NCBI GenBank assembly: GCA_963777505.1 | Contig: CAVZQN010000004.1 | Coordinates: 192,001 to 256,000 of the forward strand | Direction of reading: 5' to 3' | Length of the DNA: 64,000 nucleotides | Source of the DNA: an uncultured bacterium | GTDB lineage: Bacteria; Acidobacteriota; HRBIN11; JAKEFK01 | Shown here: positions 9,444-22,000 of the stretch, in pieces | Numbering within the stretch: position 1 is the stretch's first letter | Layout of the letters: each line of letters begins with the position of its first letter | Made by a program: the position numbers and the translations under genes | Notes under the pieces: generated by a model | What the model saw: the letters and a program-made list of their open reading frames with translations, nothing else | Database searches by the model: none | Told to the model about the DNA's origin: nothing

Positions 9444-12400
9444 TTATTTTCCTGTCCAGAAAAATTTTGGCAGTTCGCGTTGTAGTGGCGCTTCTTGACG
9501 CATTGTTTCAGCATCGAAGACTTCGCCGTTTTTCACAACCCATTTAATTTTTGCAGTGTTGTGAATATCTTCCAGCGGATTTGCATCGAGAACCATAAAG
9601 TCTGCAAGCTTGCCTGCTTCAATCGATCCCAAATCAAGTGCAAAGCCGATCTTGTCTGCCGCTAATATTGTGGAAGCGCGCAGGGCTTCAATTGGGGACA
9701 TTGCAGTCGTTCCTTTTGCAGCGCCTTCGCCTGCCATTGACCATAACTCCCAATGCACACCGAGTCCTTGAAGCTGTCCATGTGCACCCAATGAAACATT
9801 TCCACCAGCTTTCAGCACGTCTGCTGCGCCTCTTGCAACTATCGGAAAATGATATTCATCAGGATTGATCCAGGGATGGCGTCGCCCAAAATTATCTAGA
9901 ACCAAGTGAGGTACAAAGCGATTTAATTTTGGATCGTCATGCGGGTTTTGAGTCTGCCAGAAATACAATTCACCCCATGGTCCGCCATAAGAAACCAGAA
10001 GAGTTGGTGTGTAGAAAGTTCCTGATTTTGCCAGCAAGTTCTACAGCGTCTTTCTTTAATTCCAACGGCAGAGAATGTTCAAATGCTGTAAAGCCATCGA
10101 CAGCCATACTCAAATCAGTAAAAAATTCGCCAGCGCCTTCGGCTGTAAGAAGCATTTTTAGTTCTCGCGATGCTTCTGCGAACCATCGCCGTTGTTCGCG
10201 CCGTGGCTGTTGATACACTTTGATCATTCGCGCGCCATACGCTTTCATGCGTTTGATCTGACGACGTGCGTCATCCTGACTGTTTACTTCCGCAAAAATG
10301 TCAAAAGGTTGTCCGCCGTATAGAACCATCCCGGATGAATAGACGCGTGGTCCCAGCATCCAACCTGCTTCTACCATTTCTGCTTGCGCAAAAACATCGT
10401 AAGTCGGCGCAGATGGGTCATAAACAGTCGTAACGCCATATGCAAGATTCGTAATGTATTCCCATTTCTGATCAGGGAAAATTTCAAAACCGGAGTAATG
10501 TAAATGCGCATGTGTATCGATAAGACCAGGAACGATTGTTTTTCCTGAGGCATCGATTACTTTCGCGTCTTGGGGGATTTGTTCGCCGGCCTTTCTAACC
10601 GATGAAATGCGATTATCGGTTATAACGACATCGGCATTTTCTAAAACTTCATCTCCCTTCATTGTGATAACGCGGGCATTCTTAAATACAACAATTCCTT
10701 TCGGAGTAAAGCGAGGAACTGTCAAACGCAAAACAATGGCTTCTGATTTCGGAACCCGTTCTTCTTCTTTTTCATCTTTAGCTTTTTCTTTATCATCTTT
10801 CTGAGCCGCTGCTTCGCTTTTTTCTTCTGCTTTCTTTCTTTGTTTTTCGGCGAATTCAATTGCAGATGTAATCGGGAGGCGATGGTATTCATTTCCAAGA
10901 GTCCACGTTACGGATTTACCTCCGTCAATCCAATGGATGAATCCACCCGCTTCATTCGTAAGACGCCACACTGGAACGGCTCCTTCTTTCAAGCCGACAT
11001 CGGGTGGTTCCTTTAACTGTGCAGAAGGAAGAGCTGTTACATAAACGTTATCGCGAGAAGTAAAAGCGACCCATTGTTCATCGGGTGATGGAACGACATC
11101 GCTAATTGCAGGAAAACGTAAATGGCGTCTTTTATCAGTGCCATCAATGCGGACTGAAACAAGTTCATTCTTTGGATCATCCGTAGGTTTTGTCGGAGGA
11201 ATGACATCAGCAAAATAGATGCGAGTGTCATCAATGTTCCAGAATGCTTGAGGATGGAAACGTCCTGGGGCTTGTCTTATGGATGTGATGTATTCTGGAT
11301 CTCCGCCTTCAGCGGGAAGCCAACGGATTTCAAAGAAATTTTCTTCTTCAGGTTGGCGTCCGCGAAATTCCAAACCGGAACCTTGAATGATTGCGATCTT
11401 ATCGCCTTTGTGTGACCATTCAGGATTCGCGTAATGTCCTGCGCGTTTTGTAAGTTTTTGTGGTGAACCTGAACCATCAGCAGCGGTTTTCCAAAGATGT
11501 CCACCTTCGGCATCGTTCCAGGTAACGTACGAAATCCATTTTCCATCGGGTGAAAAAGCAGGTGCATATTCACGTTTCGGCGATGCAGAATCATCTTTGG
11601 TGATTCGGCGCGCATCTCCGATCGCTTTGTTTCCCGAGATTTCCTGAAGCCAAATCCTTCCTAATGCATCATATGTGATCCACCGCGAATCAGAAGATTG
11701 ATTCGCCCATCTCAAGATTCGAGCTTCAACGGGCCCACTCTCAATTTTCTCCTGCCATGCAACACGTGGTGCAAGCCATTGTTCAACATTCGCAGTAAAT
11801 GCGATTTGAGACGACTGTTTGCTTTGTAAATCAAGTTTCTCAAATTTGCCATGATTCCAGTAGATGACGGATTTTCCATCTGGTGTAATGGCGTAGTTCG
11901 GATATAAATCATTTCGAGTGAATCCTTCTTGTTCATCTTTACTTAAACCGCGAACAAGAATTGTTTCCGCACCGGTATCCAGATCACGTGATACCAAAAT
12001 TGTGTCGATATCGCGCCGGCTGATAAAAAATAAAGTCTTACCATCCTGACTGATCGCGGGTCGAACTGCGCCTCCAAATCCTGTTGTCAGTTGTGCGGTT
12101 TCTCCTGTTTTACGGTCATATCGCATAATCTGCCATAGACCGCCACTTAAATCGGGAACGTAATTGAAATTCCCCCGGCGCGCTGAAAAATAAATGTAGC
12201 GTCCGTCTTTAGAAGCAACAGGACCTGAGGAATTATTGAATTCTTCCGAGACAGTTAGCTTGATTCCCGTTCCGCCTTGAATGTGATACATCCAGAGTTC
12301 CATCGGCGGAATTCCGGCACGTTTCGCATCTTCTTTGCGTGCGATTATGTATTTTCCATCTGAAGCCCAAACGGGTGACATGAAGTACGTATCTTTTTCT

Positions 12401-12801
12401 TTTACAAGGATTCGTGGATTTGTCCCGTCAGAATTGATGAGCCATATATTATCCATCCCACCGCGATCACTGATGAAAGTGATGGTACGCCCATCTGGAG
12501 AGTAACGCGGATGCAGATCCATTGCAGGGCCTTTTGTAAGTTGTGTTGCCGTTCCGCCAGAAATCGGAAGCGTGTAAAGATCGCCAAGCAAATCAAAAAG
12601 CAGCATTGATCCGTCTGGAGATACATCAACGGACATCCAGGTCCCTTCGCTTACGGTAAAAGCAACTTTTCGATAATCGGGTCTGGGTTCGTTAATTTTT
12701 TCAGCTGCATCCAGTTTCTTTTTTGGTTCCGGTTTAGCTGCTTGCGCATTGAACGCTACAGCCAAAATCGTGACGAAGAAAATTAGAATAGTCTTACGCA
12801 C
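9444..12801 (-). CDS. Secreted amidohydrolase with N-terminal TolB-like PD40 beta-propellers, frameshift near 10015-10020
   Basis: SPDG repeats, GLIDTHAH metal motif; removing one base gives DAVELLAKSGTFYTPTL joining ORF 9444..10037 (GSIEAGKLADF). Confidence 0.88.
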
Positions 12802-12834
12802 AGTTCCTCACTTCCTTATTAAATGATTTATTTG

Positions 12835-12884
12835 GTAGGGGCGACCCTTGTGGTCGCCCGGGCCGGCACAAGACCGGCCTCTAC
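12835..12884. repeat. GTAG-type REP doublet (family A)
   Basis: GTAGGGGCGACCCTTGTGGTCGCCC followed by GGCCGGCACAAGACCGGCCTCTAC; first arm is the exact reverse complement of 52480-52504. Confidence 0.75.
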
Positions 12885-12953
12885 TAACAGACGGATACCG
12901 AACGAACTGAAGTTCCTGGGTGATTCATTAGACGAATGTAAAATGAAAAAGGT

Positions 12954-13647
12954 TCATATCTCCAACTTTTTTATTAATTCATTGGCCAGAACGGGGGCCT
13001 TTTGGTCGTGTTTAAGATAACAATATACTTCTTTTTCTTGCGCTTGAATCCATTTTGCCCATACATCAAGTTCGGCGGACGTATACTCGCCTTTACGCAA
13101 TCGCATGTATATGAAAGGCGCTGTGACTACTTTAATTGCTTCGGAATCCTCCGCTTCAACAACTCCAAGTGCACAGTTATGCTTTTTGAGTAAATCATAG
13201 ACATCATCAGAAAACCAGGAATCATGACGGAACTCCAGAGCGAGCTTTCCTTTTTTGGAATACAGCTCCTAAAAAATCCTCTAAAACTTTGATGTCTTTC
13301 TTAAAGTTAGGAGGAAGTTGAACCAGAACCGGCCCCATTTTTTCCATGAGTCCGTCAGCACCGTCAAAGAATACAGCCATTTCTTCATTCACGGATTTGA
13401 GTCTTTTTATGTGTGTAATTTTTTGCGTCAACTTTAGAGTGAATGAAAAGTCTGCAGGAACTCCTGAATACCATCCCTCAGTAACTTTTCGAGAGGGGAG
13501 TTTGTAGAAAGTGTTATTGATTTCTGTCGTTTTGAAATGTTGTGCGTAATAGGAGAGATAATTTTTTGAAGAAAGGTCCTCCGGATAAAAAGTTCCCTTC
13601 CATTCTGTATACGAAAAACCGGATGTACCAACAAGAATTCTGGCCAT
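12954..13647 (-). CDS. DUF72 (YecE-like) protein, frameshift near 13270
   Basis: VGTSGFSYTEWKGTFYP, EINNTFY, LVQLPP; after a one-base shift continues ALEFRHDSWF...YMRLR...YLKHD to TGA at 12954-12956. Confidence 0.88.
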
Positions 13648-13653
13648 AATGGT

Positions 13654-13881
13654 TTTGTACCGCCGGCGGCCACGCCGGCCAGGTCAATCCTTCAAAACAT
13701 TTGTCCTATGCGAGCGGGAGCGAGCATAACGGATCGTGATATTGAATTGAAGCGATTTCATTATTGCGAGTTAGAGATTATCAAGAGAAATTAACAGAAT
13801 AATTTCATGCTCGCTTCCGCTCGCATTGGATCAATTATGCTCAAGGAATATGAGCGCCGGCGTGGCCGCCGGCGCTACAAA
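13654..13881. repeat. ~228-bp composite palindromic repeat (REPIN-like), copy 1
   Basis: Outer arms TTTGTACCGCCGGCGGCCACGCCGGC / GCCGGCGTGGCCGCCGGCGCTACAAA; inner IR 13708-13727 / 13807-13826; homologous to 59106-59302. Confidence 0.8.
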
Positions 13882-16281
13882 TTAAAATTCGATTCTGAGT
13901 TCGCCTGTTATATTGCGTTTTAGCACATCACCGAAGATGTGCTGCTGAATTTCTTCATTGAACATATTTGTGACTTTGATGACTGTTGTTAAATGCTCGT
14001 TCAACCATTTCACGCCAAATGATCCATTGACCATTGTATAAGAGTCTGTTTCGCCCCAGAATCTTGCATCCAGAACATCGGTCCAGAATGCTTCACCTGA
14101 ATAACTGACAGATGCGCTTCCAAGAAAGCGTCGATCATTGTAACTGAATCCGGCATTAAAACGATTGTTTGCTGGAAACCCGAGTTCGCCAGGAGGAAAT
14201 GTTCCATCTGGATCATCTAGAATTTCGGGGTCTTTTTGATACGAATAGTTCGCATACAAAGAAATTTGGTCATTGAAAACATAATCGACTGATGCTTCAA
14301 AACCTTGATTTCGCAGCGGTCCAAGATTCAGATAAGTAAACGTTGATGGAAACACGATCCCCATTTGCGCAAGCACCGCAAGGAATGCTGGAGGTAATGG
14401 CCAGCCTGGTGGCGGATTTGCGGGAGTGTAAATTCCGACAGGCGTAAAATTGATACTTTTATCAGTATCATTAATGTAGTAGCTAAGACTGACTATTGTT
14501 CTGCCGCCAAAATCTCCCGTATAGCCGATCTCGTACGCATCAAGCTGTTCTTCGCTCAGATCTTCATTTCCTATGGCTCTGGTAACGATCGGGAATTGAG
14601 CAGGCCCTCCTAGTGGACGAAGATCAACAGCAGCACTAATAATCGTAACATCGAGAAAGTTGTTAACAAGTGACGGCGCTCTAAATGCACGGTTGTATGA
14701 GCCGCGCAAAGTATGCTCGGGCGTGGGTTTCCACATGGCAGTAACACGCGGTGAAAATACAACGCCCTCAATTACGTCAAAGTAATCCACGCGTCCGCCA
14801 ACTACAAAACGGAAATGTTCTGTGAATATTTCGTCCTGGACATAGAAGCCGGTTTCAGTACGATCGTCGCCTCGCGGGGCTAATGAGAGATCGAAAGAAT
14901 TGTATCTGAAGTTGCCGCCCATACTCAGAACATTGTGATCTCCCAACAAAAAGGTGTTTGCGCCTTCAAAATCATATGTAGTGGTATCGAATAAAAACTG
15001 AATTGGTTGTCCATCGATTCCACGAGTCAGTAAATTGGTGGCATCACCATCCAAAATGTTTGTAAAAAAGTTCAACCTGAAATTGCCATTGCTGTAATTT
15101 ACTTTTCCATAACCGAGTTTGGATCCGCTATCGATATCGAATGGACCAATTCCTGTATGGATAATTCCTTCGGTTCCAGCAATTCCGGCTGCATAGATCA
15201 GTTTTGAATCCGCGCTGAGCTCTTGATCAAAACGGATATCAAACTTTGGTTGGCTTGTGCCATTATTTTCAAAACCTACTGCAGAATATGGAACTCCGCC
15301 GGTAGGAACGTTTGTATTAGGAACAGTGCTGCGGGCAATGAGTCCAGCAGGACGCGCAAAAGGATCTGAATCAAAATATCCAGCCGATAATTTATAAGAC
15401 CATGTGTCGTTCAATGCTTGAGCATGAGTAACACTGGCGCCATAGGAAGCTCCATGATCGAGATCTTCACCGCCGTCAACATCGCGGTCAAAAATCCCTG
15501 CACTTAAAGTTAATGTTGTTCCAGCGATTTCGCGCGGGCTCTTAGTAATAATGTTGACCACACCCGTTTGAGCATTTGCACCCCAGACAGCAGATGCCGG
15601 ACCGCGTATCACTTCAATCTGTTTGATTTCGTTGAAATTGACTGGCAAAAAATCCCAAAGAACAAAGCCAAAAAAATCTTGATATATCGTTCTGCCATCC
15701 AACAACGCCAATTGGGATGTTGCCAGTGTTGAGGTTGCCTGACGGCTTGTCACGTTAATGTCGCGTGCCGAAGTTTGAATGACGTTTACACCAGGCACAG
15801 TGCGCATTAAATCGCCATAATTTTCAGCAGGAGAAGTCTCAATTTGAACGCTGCTGAGCACGCTCATTGTTGCAGGAGCATTAACCAAAGGCGTTTCAAT
15901 TCTGGATGCCGAAACAACCATTGTTTCTTCTAAACCGCCAGGTGCGAGTGTAAAGGACATCTGAGATGGACCTTCTGAAACTTGAACTCCGGTTTGATCG
16001 ACTGTACCAAATCCTGCTAACTCTACTCTAATGTTATAGAGTCCAGGCGCTAATCCGGGAATTTCAAATTTTCCGTTCGCATCAGTTGTTGCTGATTTAA
16101 TTCCATGGTCACCTGAAATCATGACGAGAACCCCAGGGAGGGGCACGCCATCTTCATCTTTAACTTCGCCGCTTACGGTTCCAGTTGATTCTTGACCGAT
16201 TGCAATCGAATTGAAGGCGAGCAAAACTGCAAACATCAAAAACAAAAGATGCACACCAAGTGAGCGTTTGGGTTGTTTCAT
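13882..16281 (-). CDS. TonB-dependent receptor with N-terminal carboxypeptidase-regulatory-like domain
   Basis: Signal peptide, plug motif IEVIRGPASAVWGANAQTGVVNIITK, C-terminal ELRIEF. Confidence 0.92.
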   Translation of the reverse strand: MKQPKRSLGVHLLFLMFAVLLAFNSIAIGQESTGTVSGEVKDEDGVPLPGVLVMISGDHGIKSATTDANGKFEIPGLAPGLYNIRVELAGFGTVDQTGVQVSEGPSQMSFTLAPGGLEETMVVSASRIETPLVNAPATMSVLSSVQIETSPAENYGDLMRTVPGVNVIQTSARDINVTSRQATSTLATSQLALLDGRTIYQDFFGFVLWDFLPVNFNEIKQIEVIRGPASAVWGANAQTGVVNIITKSPREIAGTTLTLSAGIFDRDVDGGEDLDHGASYGASVTHAQALNDTWSYKLSAGYFDSDPFARPAGLIARSTVPNTNVPTGGVPYSAVGFENNGTSQPKFDIRFDQELSADSKLIYAAGIAGTEGIIHTGIGPFDIDSGSKLGYGKVNYSNGNFRLNFFTNILDGDATNLLTRGIDGQPIQFLFDTTTYDFEGANTFLLGDHNVLSMGGNFRYNSFDLSLAPRGDDRTETGFYVQDEIFTEHFRFVVGGRVDYFDVIEGVVFSPRVTAMWKPTPEHTLRGSYNRAFRAPSLVNNFLDVTIISAAVDLRPLGGPAQFPIVTRAIGNEDLSEEQLDAYEIGYTGDFGGRTIVSLSYYINDTDKSINFTPVGIYTPANPPPGWPLPPAFLAVLAQMGIVFPSTFTYLNLGPLRNQGFEASVDYVFNDQISLYANYSYQKDPEILDDPDGTFPPGELGFPANNRFNAGFSYNDRRFLGSASVSYSGEAFWTDVLDARFWGETDSYTMVNGSFGVKWLNEHLTTVIKVTNMFNEEIQQHIFGDVLKRNITGELRIEF

Positions 16282-16380
16282 ACAGGCCCTCCCTGATTAG
16301 GCTCGATGAACTTAATAGGTTAGAAGATGGGAAAAGTCACAACGACCTTTCCCTCGGTCGTCATTATCTTAGCACTTGTA

Positions 16381-16947
16381 TTAGTGGTGAGCCAATAGAG
16401 GGTCTGTTTTCTTATAACGAGCTGCAAATAAGGCGCGTAAAAATAAACCAAGACTTAAGGTTCGCAAAACCATTCCAAAGAGTCCACGCCTGCCGGCACC
16501 GTAAAATGCGAGTGCACTACCAAGTGCGCCGATCATTCGTGCTGAAGGTTTGAATCCTGATTGTCCATCCATTACAACTTCGCCAGCGCGCTTGCCTCCC
16601 TCAAGTGCATAGTCAGCAGCCGATTTTCCAGCATGCTTCGCATACTCTTGAGCATTTTTGCCCATAACTTTGGACCATGCTCCTGCTCGCTCACGAGCTC
16701 CAAGTAAATAATCCTGCGCATGTCTTCCAAGATATTGAGCACGATTACCAAGTTGACGTTTTAGTTCAGGAGCGCGATCACGAAACTCATGGGAATATTC
16801 ATCCCATAATTCTTCAGCAGTCTCTAAACCGCTCTCTAATTTCTTTTTTAACTTCGCTCTACGTTTTTTACCTTCTTTTTCATCCATCAAATACACAGCG
16901 GCTGCCCCCGCCCCAATTGCCCCTAAAAGAAAAAGAGCTTTGCCCAT
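16381..16947 (-). CDS. YtxH-like domain protein
   Basis: N-terminal FLLGAIGAGAAAVYL..GKKRRAKL followed by a helical region and C-terminal hydrophobic segment; GAGG RBS. Confidence 0.6.
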   Translation of the reverse strand: MGKALFLLGAIGAGAAAVYLMDEKEGKKRRAKLKKKLESGLETAEELWDEYSHEFRDRAPELKRQLGNRAQYLGRHAQDYLLGARERAGAWSKVMGKNAQEYAKHAGKSAADYALEGGKRAGEVVMDGQSGFKPSARMIGALGSALAFYGAGRRGLFGMVLRTLSLGLFLRALFAARYKKTDPLLAHH

Positions 16948-17086
16948 TACAGCACCTCTCTACGATTTATGTTCTAAATTTAGGCCAAAATGCAGCTCTT
17001 AAACCACATTGAATGACGGTCTGCGGCCCGTCTTAGCTAATCTGCCGGCGCCGCTACAAACCAAATGAACGATTAGTCGTACTCTC

Positions 17087-18803
17087 ATGAAAATACCGTT
17101 CTTTACACAGCGTCAAAACAGATCCGCAGTAGCTGTTCCTTCAAAGGGTTCTTCTGGATTAGAACCATCCGATATTATCCTTCAGTATCATGAGCAGACA
17201 AAACATCATTATTACAGGTTTGCAAGGTCTCTCGGCTTTATGGATTGGGAGAATCAGCCAAACCCTTTCAGACGGTTTCAGGGTGCAGCGTTACTGCAGT
17301 TGCCGCTCTTAACAATTTCAGAGATTCCATCATTCGATACTCTTTTTCAAGACGGAGTTGTACATCCGGAAGAGCTTTGTTTTAAGAATCTGTCACGATT
17401 TTTCCGGAACGCTCTTGCAATATCCGCCTGGAAAAGAGCAGAGGATGCGAGGTGGGCTTTGCGAGTCAATCCTTCGAGCGGAAATCTTCACCCGACCGAA
17501 GGATATTTGATTCTTCGTGACACACTTCCCGAAATTCAGGCAGGTATTTATCATTACGCACCTCAAGAGCATGGACTTGAACAGCGCGCAAAACTCACAT
17601 CAGAAATCATCAAAGCTCAATCGCAATGAATTTCCCGAAAATACATTTTTTGTTGGTCTGACAACGATTCATTGGAGGGAAGCCTGGAAGTATGGAGAAC
17701 GTGCATATCGATATTGCCAGCATGATGCCGGACACGCGATCGCGGCTTTACGTATTTCTGCAGCAATTCTTGGATGGCGGTTGGTTCTGCTTGATGAGCT
17801 TTCAGATGATGATACAGCCAGAATACTCGGATTGAATCGCCCGCAGGATTTCGAACAAGCAGAAGATGAGGATCCTGTTTGTATCGCTGCGGTTTTCCCA
17901 ACAGAAAATTTGCACGCAAAAGCTTTAATCAATGAGGAAATGATCGAAACAATTGAACGTTCAGAGTGGACCGGTAAAGCCAACCTTTTGAGCGAAAGTC
18001 ATGTTGAATGGCAAATCATTGATCGAGCAGCAGCAGCAGCATTTAAACTCAAAACAGGGATCAAAAATAAGAGTGTTTCAACCGTGCAGCGAATTACAAC
18101 TCATCAGCAATATGAAAATCTTCCTGCTGAGCAAATCATTCAGCAGCGAAGGAGTTGTCTTTCGTTGGATGGAGTTACATCAATTTCCCGTTCAGCGTTT
18201 TATTCGATTCTTTCCAGCGTTTCTCCTTCATTAAACAAGATGCCATTTGATGCTTTGCAACGTTCGGAATTAAGTAATCCGAAAATTCATTTAGCATTAT
18301 TCGTTCACCGCGTTGATCACCTTGAGCCCGGTCTTTATTTTTTGATTCGTAACCCGCAAGTAGAATCAGACTTGAAAACACGAATGAATCAAAATTTTAA
18401 GTGGGAACGTCCTGAGGGTTGTCCGGATGGATTGAATCTATTCTTGTTGCAGGCTGGGGATTTTCGCGGTATTGCAACAGGCGTTGCATGCGGACAGGAT
18501 ATTGGCGGCGATGGAGTTTTCTCCCTTGGCATGATCGCAGAAATGGAGGAGCCTGTTCGTAACCTCGGAGCATGGATGTACAGACGATTATTTTGGGAAT
18601 CGGGCATGATTGGGCAGATTCTATATTTAGAAGCAGAAGCTGCTGGAATCCGTGGTACAGGCATCGGATGTTATTTTGATGATCCAATGCATGAATTGCT
18701 CGGATTGAAGGATCGCCACTATCAGGATCTGTATCATTTTACGATGGGTGGGAATGTCGAAGATTCACGTTTAACGACTGAGCCGGCTTATAAAAATACT
18801 TGA
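17087..18803 (+). CDS. SagB/ThcOx-family (nitroreductase-fold) dehydrogenase, two domains, frameshift near 17615-17630
   Basis: LRVNPSSGNLHPTE, WKYGERAYRYCQHDAGHA, RRS, GIGCYFDD split across ORFs 17087..17629 and 17517..18803. Confidence 0.85.
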
Positions 18804-18844
18804 AGATTAAGCAAGTTTTTTCTACCGCAGAGACGCAGAGGATA

Positions 18845-18853
18845 TGCTATAAT
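18845..18853 (+). promoter_or_regulatory. Extended -10 promoter (TGnTATAAT) for tRNA-Asn
   Basis: TGCTATAAT about 27 nt upstream of the tRNA. Confidence 0.6.
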
Positions 18854-18879
18854 CCGTGATTTCCCAAATGTTTTTTAAT

Positions 18880-18951
18880 TCCTGAGTAGCTCAATGGCAG
18901 AGCATCCGGCTGTTAACCGGAGGGTTGTAGGTTCGAGTCCTACCTCAGGAG
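18880..18951 (+). tRNA. tRNA-Asn (GTT), CCA not encoded
   Basis: Acceptor TCCTGAG/CTCAGGA, D arm GCTC..GAGC, anticodon arm TCCGG-CTGTTAA-CCGGA, T arm GTAGG-TTCGAGT-CCTAC. Confidence 0.97.
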
Positions 18952-18960
18952 CTTTCAACA

Positions 18961-19000
18961 AAAAAATGGCGCGCTCATGATGGCGCGCCTTTTACTTTTT
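18961..19000. terminator. Bidirectional intrinsic terminator
   Basis: A7-TGGCGCGC-loop-GCGCGCC-TTTTACTTTTT between the tRNA and a convergent gene. Confidence 0.75.
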
Positions 19001-19005
19001 GCGCT

Positions 19006-22000
19006 TTATTTTTGCTCTTTCAGCCACTCTTCTTTGGTTGAAAGTTTCAGCGGATCCAGCCTTTTGTTTTGCAATTTTTCATTGATGCTTTCGAGCTCTT
19101 TTCCAGTCATTGTTTGGAATGTCGCATCTGCCTTCTGAAGATCTTTTGAAAGCTTTTCGGCATTTTCTAATTGAGAAGCAGTCGGCTTACCACCGTAATT
19201 ACTAACAAACTGATATAACTCAACGACTTTTTCTCGCAACTGTTCTTCGCCTGTGATAAACCCTTCTTTTGTTGCTATCAAGGTCTTGTGAAATTTATCT
19301 AATTTGTCAGCATACGCATTTAAGGATTTAGCAATCTCATCGCCTTTGGGTAATTTTCCGGCGCGGTCTCTTGCTTGATCTCTGAGACTCGTTATGGAAT
19401 CAGCAATGTATGCGAGCTCTTCCTGCATGCGGTATAACTTCATGGTGGTATCGTATTGCTGCTTGCGATCTTCTTCGGAATGTGGAAGAGTCGAGTCCTG
19501 CACAATTTTCACTTCTGAAGAAAATGTTTCATCGCCTTTGATCATTTTTACAGTGTAAGTGCCTTGAGGTAAGGTCGGACCGAACAAGGCACCGCCAGCA
19601 AGTTGAGGCGATGGAGCAGTCTTTGGTGGCTTTAATCGCGTGAACCAGGTGACGCGGTTGATTCCTTTCCGTTTACCGCCTGGCAGAGTACTGATTAATT
19701 TTCCTTCTGCATCGTGAACTTCAATTTTGAGATCGCCGAAGACATGACGATCTTTTAAGTAATATGTGATGATCGCTGCATCGGGTGTATTTGAACCAAC
19801 GAATTCATCATCTCCGGGAAAATCCTGTGCGAAGCGCAGAAAACGTGCTTGCGCCGGACGCGTTTCCAGAAATGCAACTTTGGATTCAAGCACTTGCTGG
19901 TTTAGTTTTCGCATTGGAGTGATGTCATCAATAATGTAGATTCCGCGCCCATGTGTGCCGATTACAACATCGGATTCTCGCGGATGAATCATAAGATCGC
20001 GAACCGAAACATTCGGTAGACCGCCGGTGAATTGAGCCCATTGTTGTCCGCCATCCACTGTTAAGAACAAACCGAACTCCGTACCAGCGAAAAGTAAATC
20101 AGGATTTACAAGGTCCTGGCGAATTATGTGCGCATAACCTTTGATACTATCTGTCGCAATCGAATTCCATGTTTTTCCGAAGTCTGCAGTTTTGTAAACG
20201 TAAGCCTTCATGTCGCCAGTTTGGTGACCATCAAATGTAGCGAATGCAGTAGCAGGATCATGGCTGCTACTTTCAATTGAGCTTACCCATGTGTTCTTCG
20301 GAAGGTTCGGAATATTTGCAGTCACATTGACCCATGCTTTTCCGCCATTTTGAGTTACCTGCACATTTCCATCATCAGTTCCAGCCCAGATTATATTTTC
20401 ATCGAGTGGTGAAGCGCTGATTGTGAAAATCGTGCAATGATTTTCAGCCGTAGAATTGTCGATCGTTAATCCGCCTGAATCTTCCTGTTTTTGTTTCTGC
20501 GGATCGTTCGTAGTGAGATCCGGAGAAATTCGCTCCCATGATTCTCCCATTGTTGTCGAACGATATAAGAATTGTGATCCAACGTATATTGCTTTCGGAT
20601 TTTTTGGACTCAATTCAATTGGTGTGTTCCAGTTAAAACGCAGATCCGGCTCGCCCTCTTTTGCATAGGGTTTTATCGATTTCACTTCATTAGTCGATTT
20701 GTGATGTCTTAAAATTTGGCCGCCCTGAAATTCTGCATACACGACATCATCATTGGATGCATCGGGCCATACATGAAAGCCATCACCAAAACCAACATTT
20801 TTCCAATCTTTGTTTTCAACTCCATTGATGCTTTGTGAGGGTCCCATCCACGAACCATTGTCTTGCAATCCACCATAAACGTTGTACGGATTTTTCATGT
20901 CAGCAGTGACGTGATAAAACTGCGACACTGGAAGGCTGCGGACAATTCTCCATGTATTTCCTTTATCATAAGAAACATAAACGCCGCCATCAGTTCCTAG
21001 CAGTAAATGAAAAGGATTGTTGGGATTGATCCAGAGGGCATGATGATCCGAATGAGTTGTTTGTCCAAGGCTTGAAAATGAAACACCACCATCGCTGCTT
21101 GAGGAAAGAAAGAATCCGGGTTTATAGACTTTGTTGTGATCGACTGGATCTACAGCAAGGTGACTAAAGTAAAAGGGACGGGCCTGAATGTTGAATGATG
21201 TATGGACACGGTTCCATGTTTCACCCATATCATCGGAGCGGTATAAGGCAGTCTTTTTAGCTTCGACATTTGCATAGAGAACACTTCCTTTAGAAGGAGC
21301 AACAGCGATTGCAATCCTGCCCAATTCACCGTCGGGAAGACCTTTGGCAAGTTTACGCCAGTTTTTTCCACCATCAGTTGATTTATAAAGTCCGCTGCCG
21401 GGTCCGCCTGAAGTGAAGAAATAAGGTTTGCGCCGGAATTGCCACATGGAAGCGTACAAAATGTTTGGATCTTGTGAATCGATCGACAGATCGGCACACC
21501 CGGAATCAGCATTTACAAACAAAACCTTTTCCCAGGTTTTTCCGCTATCTGAAGTTTTATAAACGCCACGATCTTCGCTTGAATTCCATAAATTTCCTGT
21601 AGCAGCAACATAAATGATGTTGGAATTCTTAGGATCGATTACAACTTTCGCGATGCGTTCGGACTTTTCTAATCCCATCAATTGCCAGGATTCGCCTGCG
21701 TCTGTGCTTTTGTAAATTCCAGTTCCAACTGAAACACTATTCCGAGTGTCAGCTTCCCCAGTTCCAACCCACACAGTATCTGGTTTGGATTGATCAATCG
21801 CGACAGCTCCGATCGATTGTGTATATTTATCAAATATGGGTTTAAAGGTGAGGCCGCCGTTGATCGTTTTCCAAAGTCCTCCGCTGGCAGTTCCCACATA
21901 AAAAATGCGTGGCTCTTTGTTAATTGCATCGATTGACATGATCCGTCCGCTCATCGTTGCTGGACCAATCGATCGTGCCTCCATGGCGCCAAATGTATAG

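Noticed and set aside
12823-13193. Short plus-strand ORFs (MIYLVGATLVVAR...)
   Set aside because: Translation of a REP palindrome and the antisense of the DUF72 C-terminus.
18880-18951. tRNA-Asn as a genomic-island attachment site
   Set aside because: No integrase and no duplicate of the tRNA 3' end seen in the window.
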